A model generated the notes under the pieces. It had not been told where the DNA came from. It was given only the letters and a program-made list of their open reading frames with translations, and ran no database searches. A stretch of 64,000 nt of DNA. Origin: Balanoglossus misakiensis (taxonomy: Eukaryota; Animalia; Hemichordata). The DNA is taken from positions 1,617,124-1,681,123 of the forward strand of contig CM082586.2 in assembly GCA_040954595.2 (NCBI GenBank), in the 5' to 3' direction. Shown one piece after another: positions 63,726 through 64,000 of this stretch; position 1 is the stretch's first letter, and every line of letters starts with the position of its first letter. The position numbers were made by a program, and so were the translations under genes.

Positions 63726-64000
63726 CTGGGGGATTAAAAAAAATCAAAAGTGTATAAGAACAGAAATAAAGAGAATTTTATAATGTAATAAAGTTAGTTT
63801 CAGATATTAAAATTATGTTTAGCTGTTGAAACAAGCATATACTGAACATTCAAAGGGTGTATATCTAATTAATATTTATTTACATCTATGGTAATTTGAA
63901 TTTTATTATACCATATGCTAAATATAACACGGGAATGTCCTATAGTATACAATGTAATAATTCACTTGGTGCCAATTGCATTAATCTATTTTCTGTGTAG

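Overview
Intron-rich animal genomic DNA (invertebrate-like: compact introns, mosaic CpG pattern; taxon is inferred, not shown). Five spliced protein-coding genes were reconstructed by hand from GT-AG sites with phase checks: (1) the 3' part (about 2,200 codons) of a SOGA/MTCL-family coiled-coil gene on + (2558-23249; its 5' end is left of the window); (2) the Notch-target bHLH-Orange gene Hey on - (34891-37983), between about 9 kb and 16 kb of CpG-rich non-coding DNA with many RBPJ/Su(H) sites; (3) MRPS28 (-) head-to-head with (4) HDDC2 (+); (5) RPN2 (-), tail-to-tail with HDDC2, carrying a TTAA-flanked long-TIR MITE in its last intron. Most interesting signals: a splicing switchboard in the SOGA gene (a frame-determining 17-nt microexon gating a tail of about 630 aa with DFRxxL-type actin-binding-like motifs, a 15-nt microexon, serial distant branch points with >300-nt AG-free zones, a last exon open in two frames); a chain of minus-strand splice-site pairs suggesting a spliced antisense transcript threaded through the SOGA gene; a 6-nt microexon in RPN2; and a gene order that looks like the pre-duplication state of vertebrate HEY1-MRPS28, HEY2-HDDC2 and SOGA1-RPN2. 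All splice models are sequence-only predictions needing RNA evidence.
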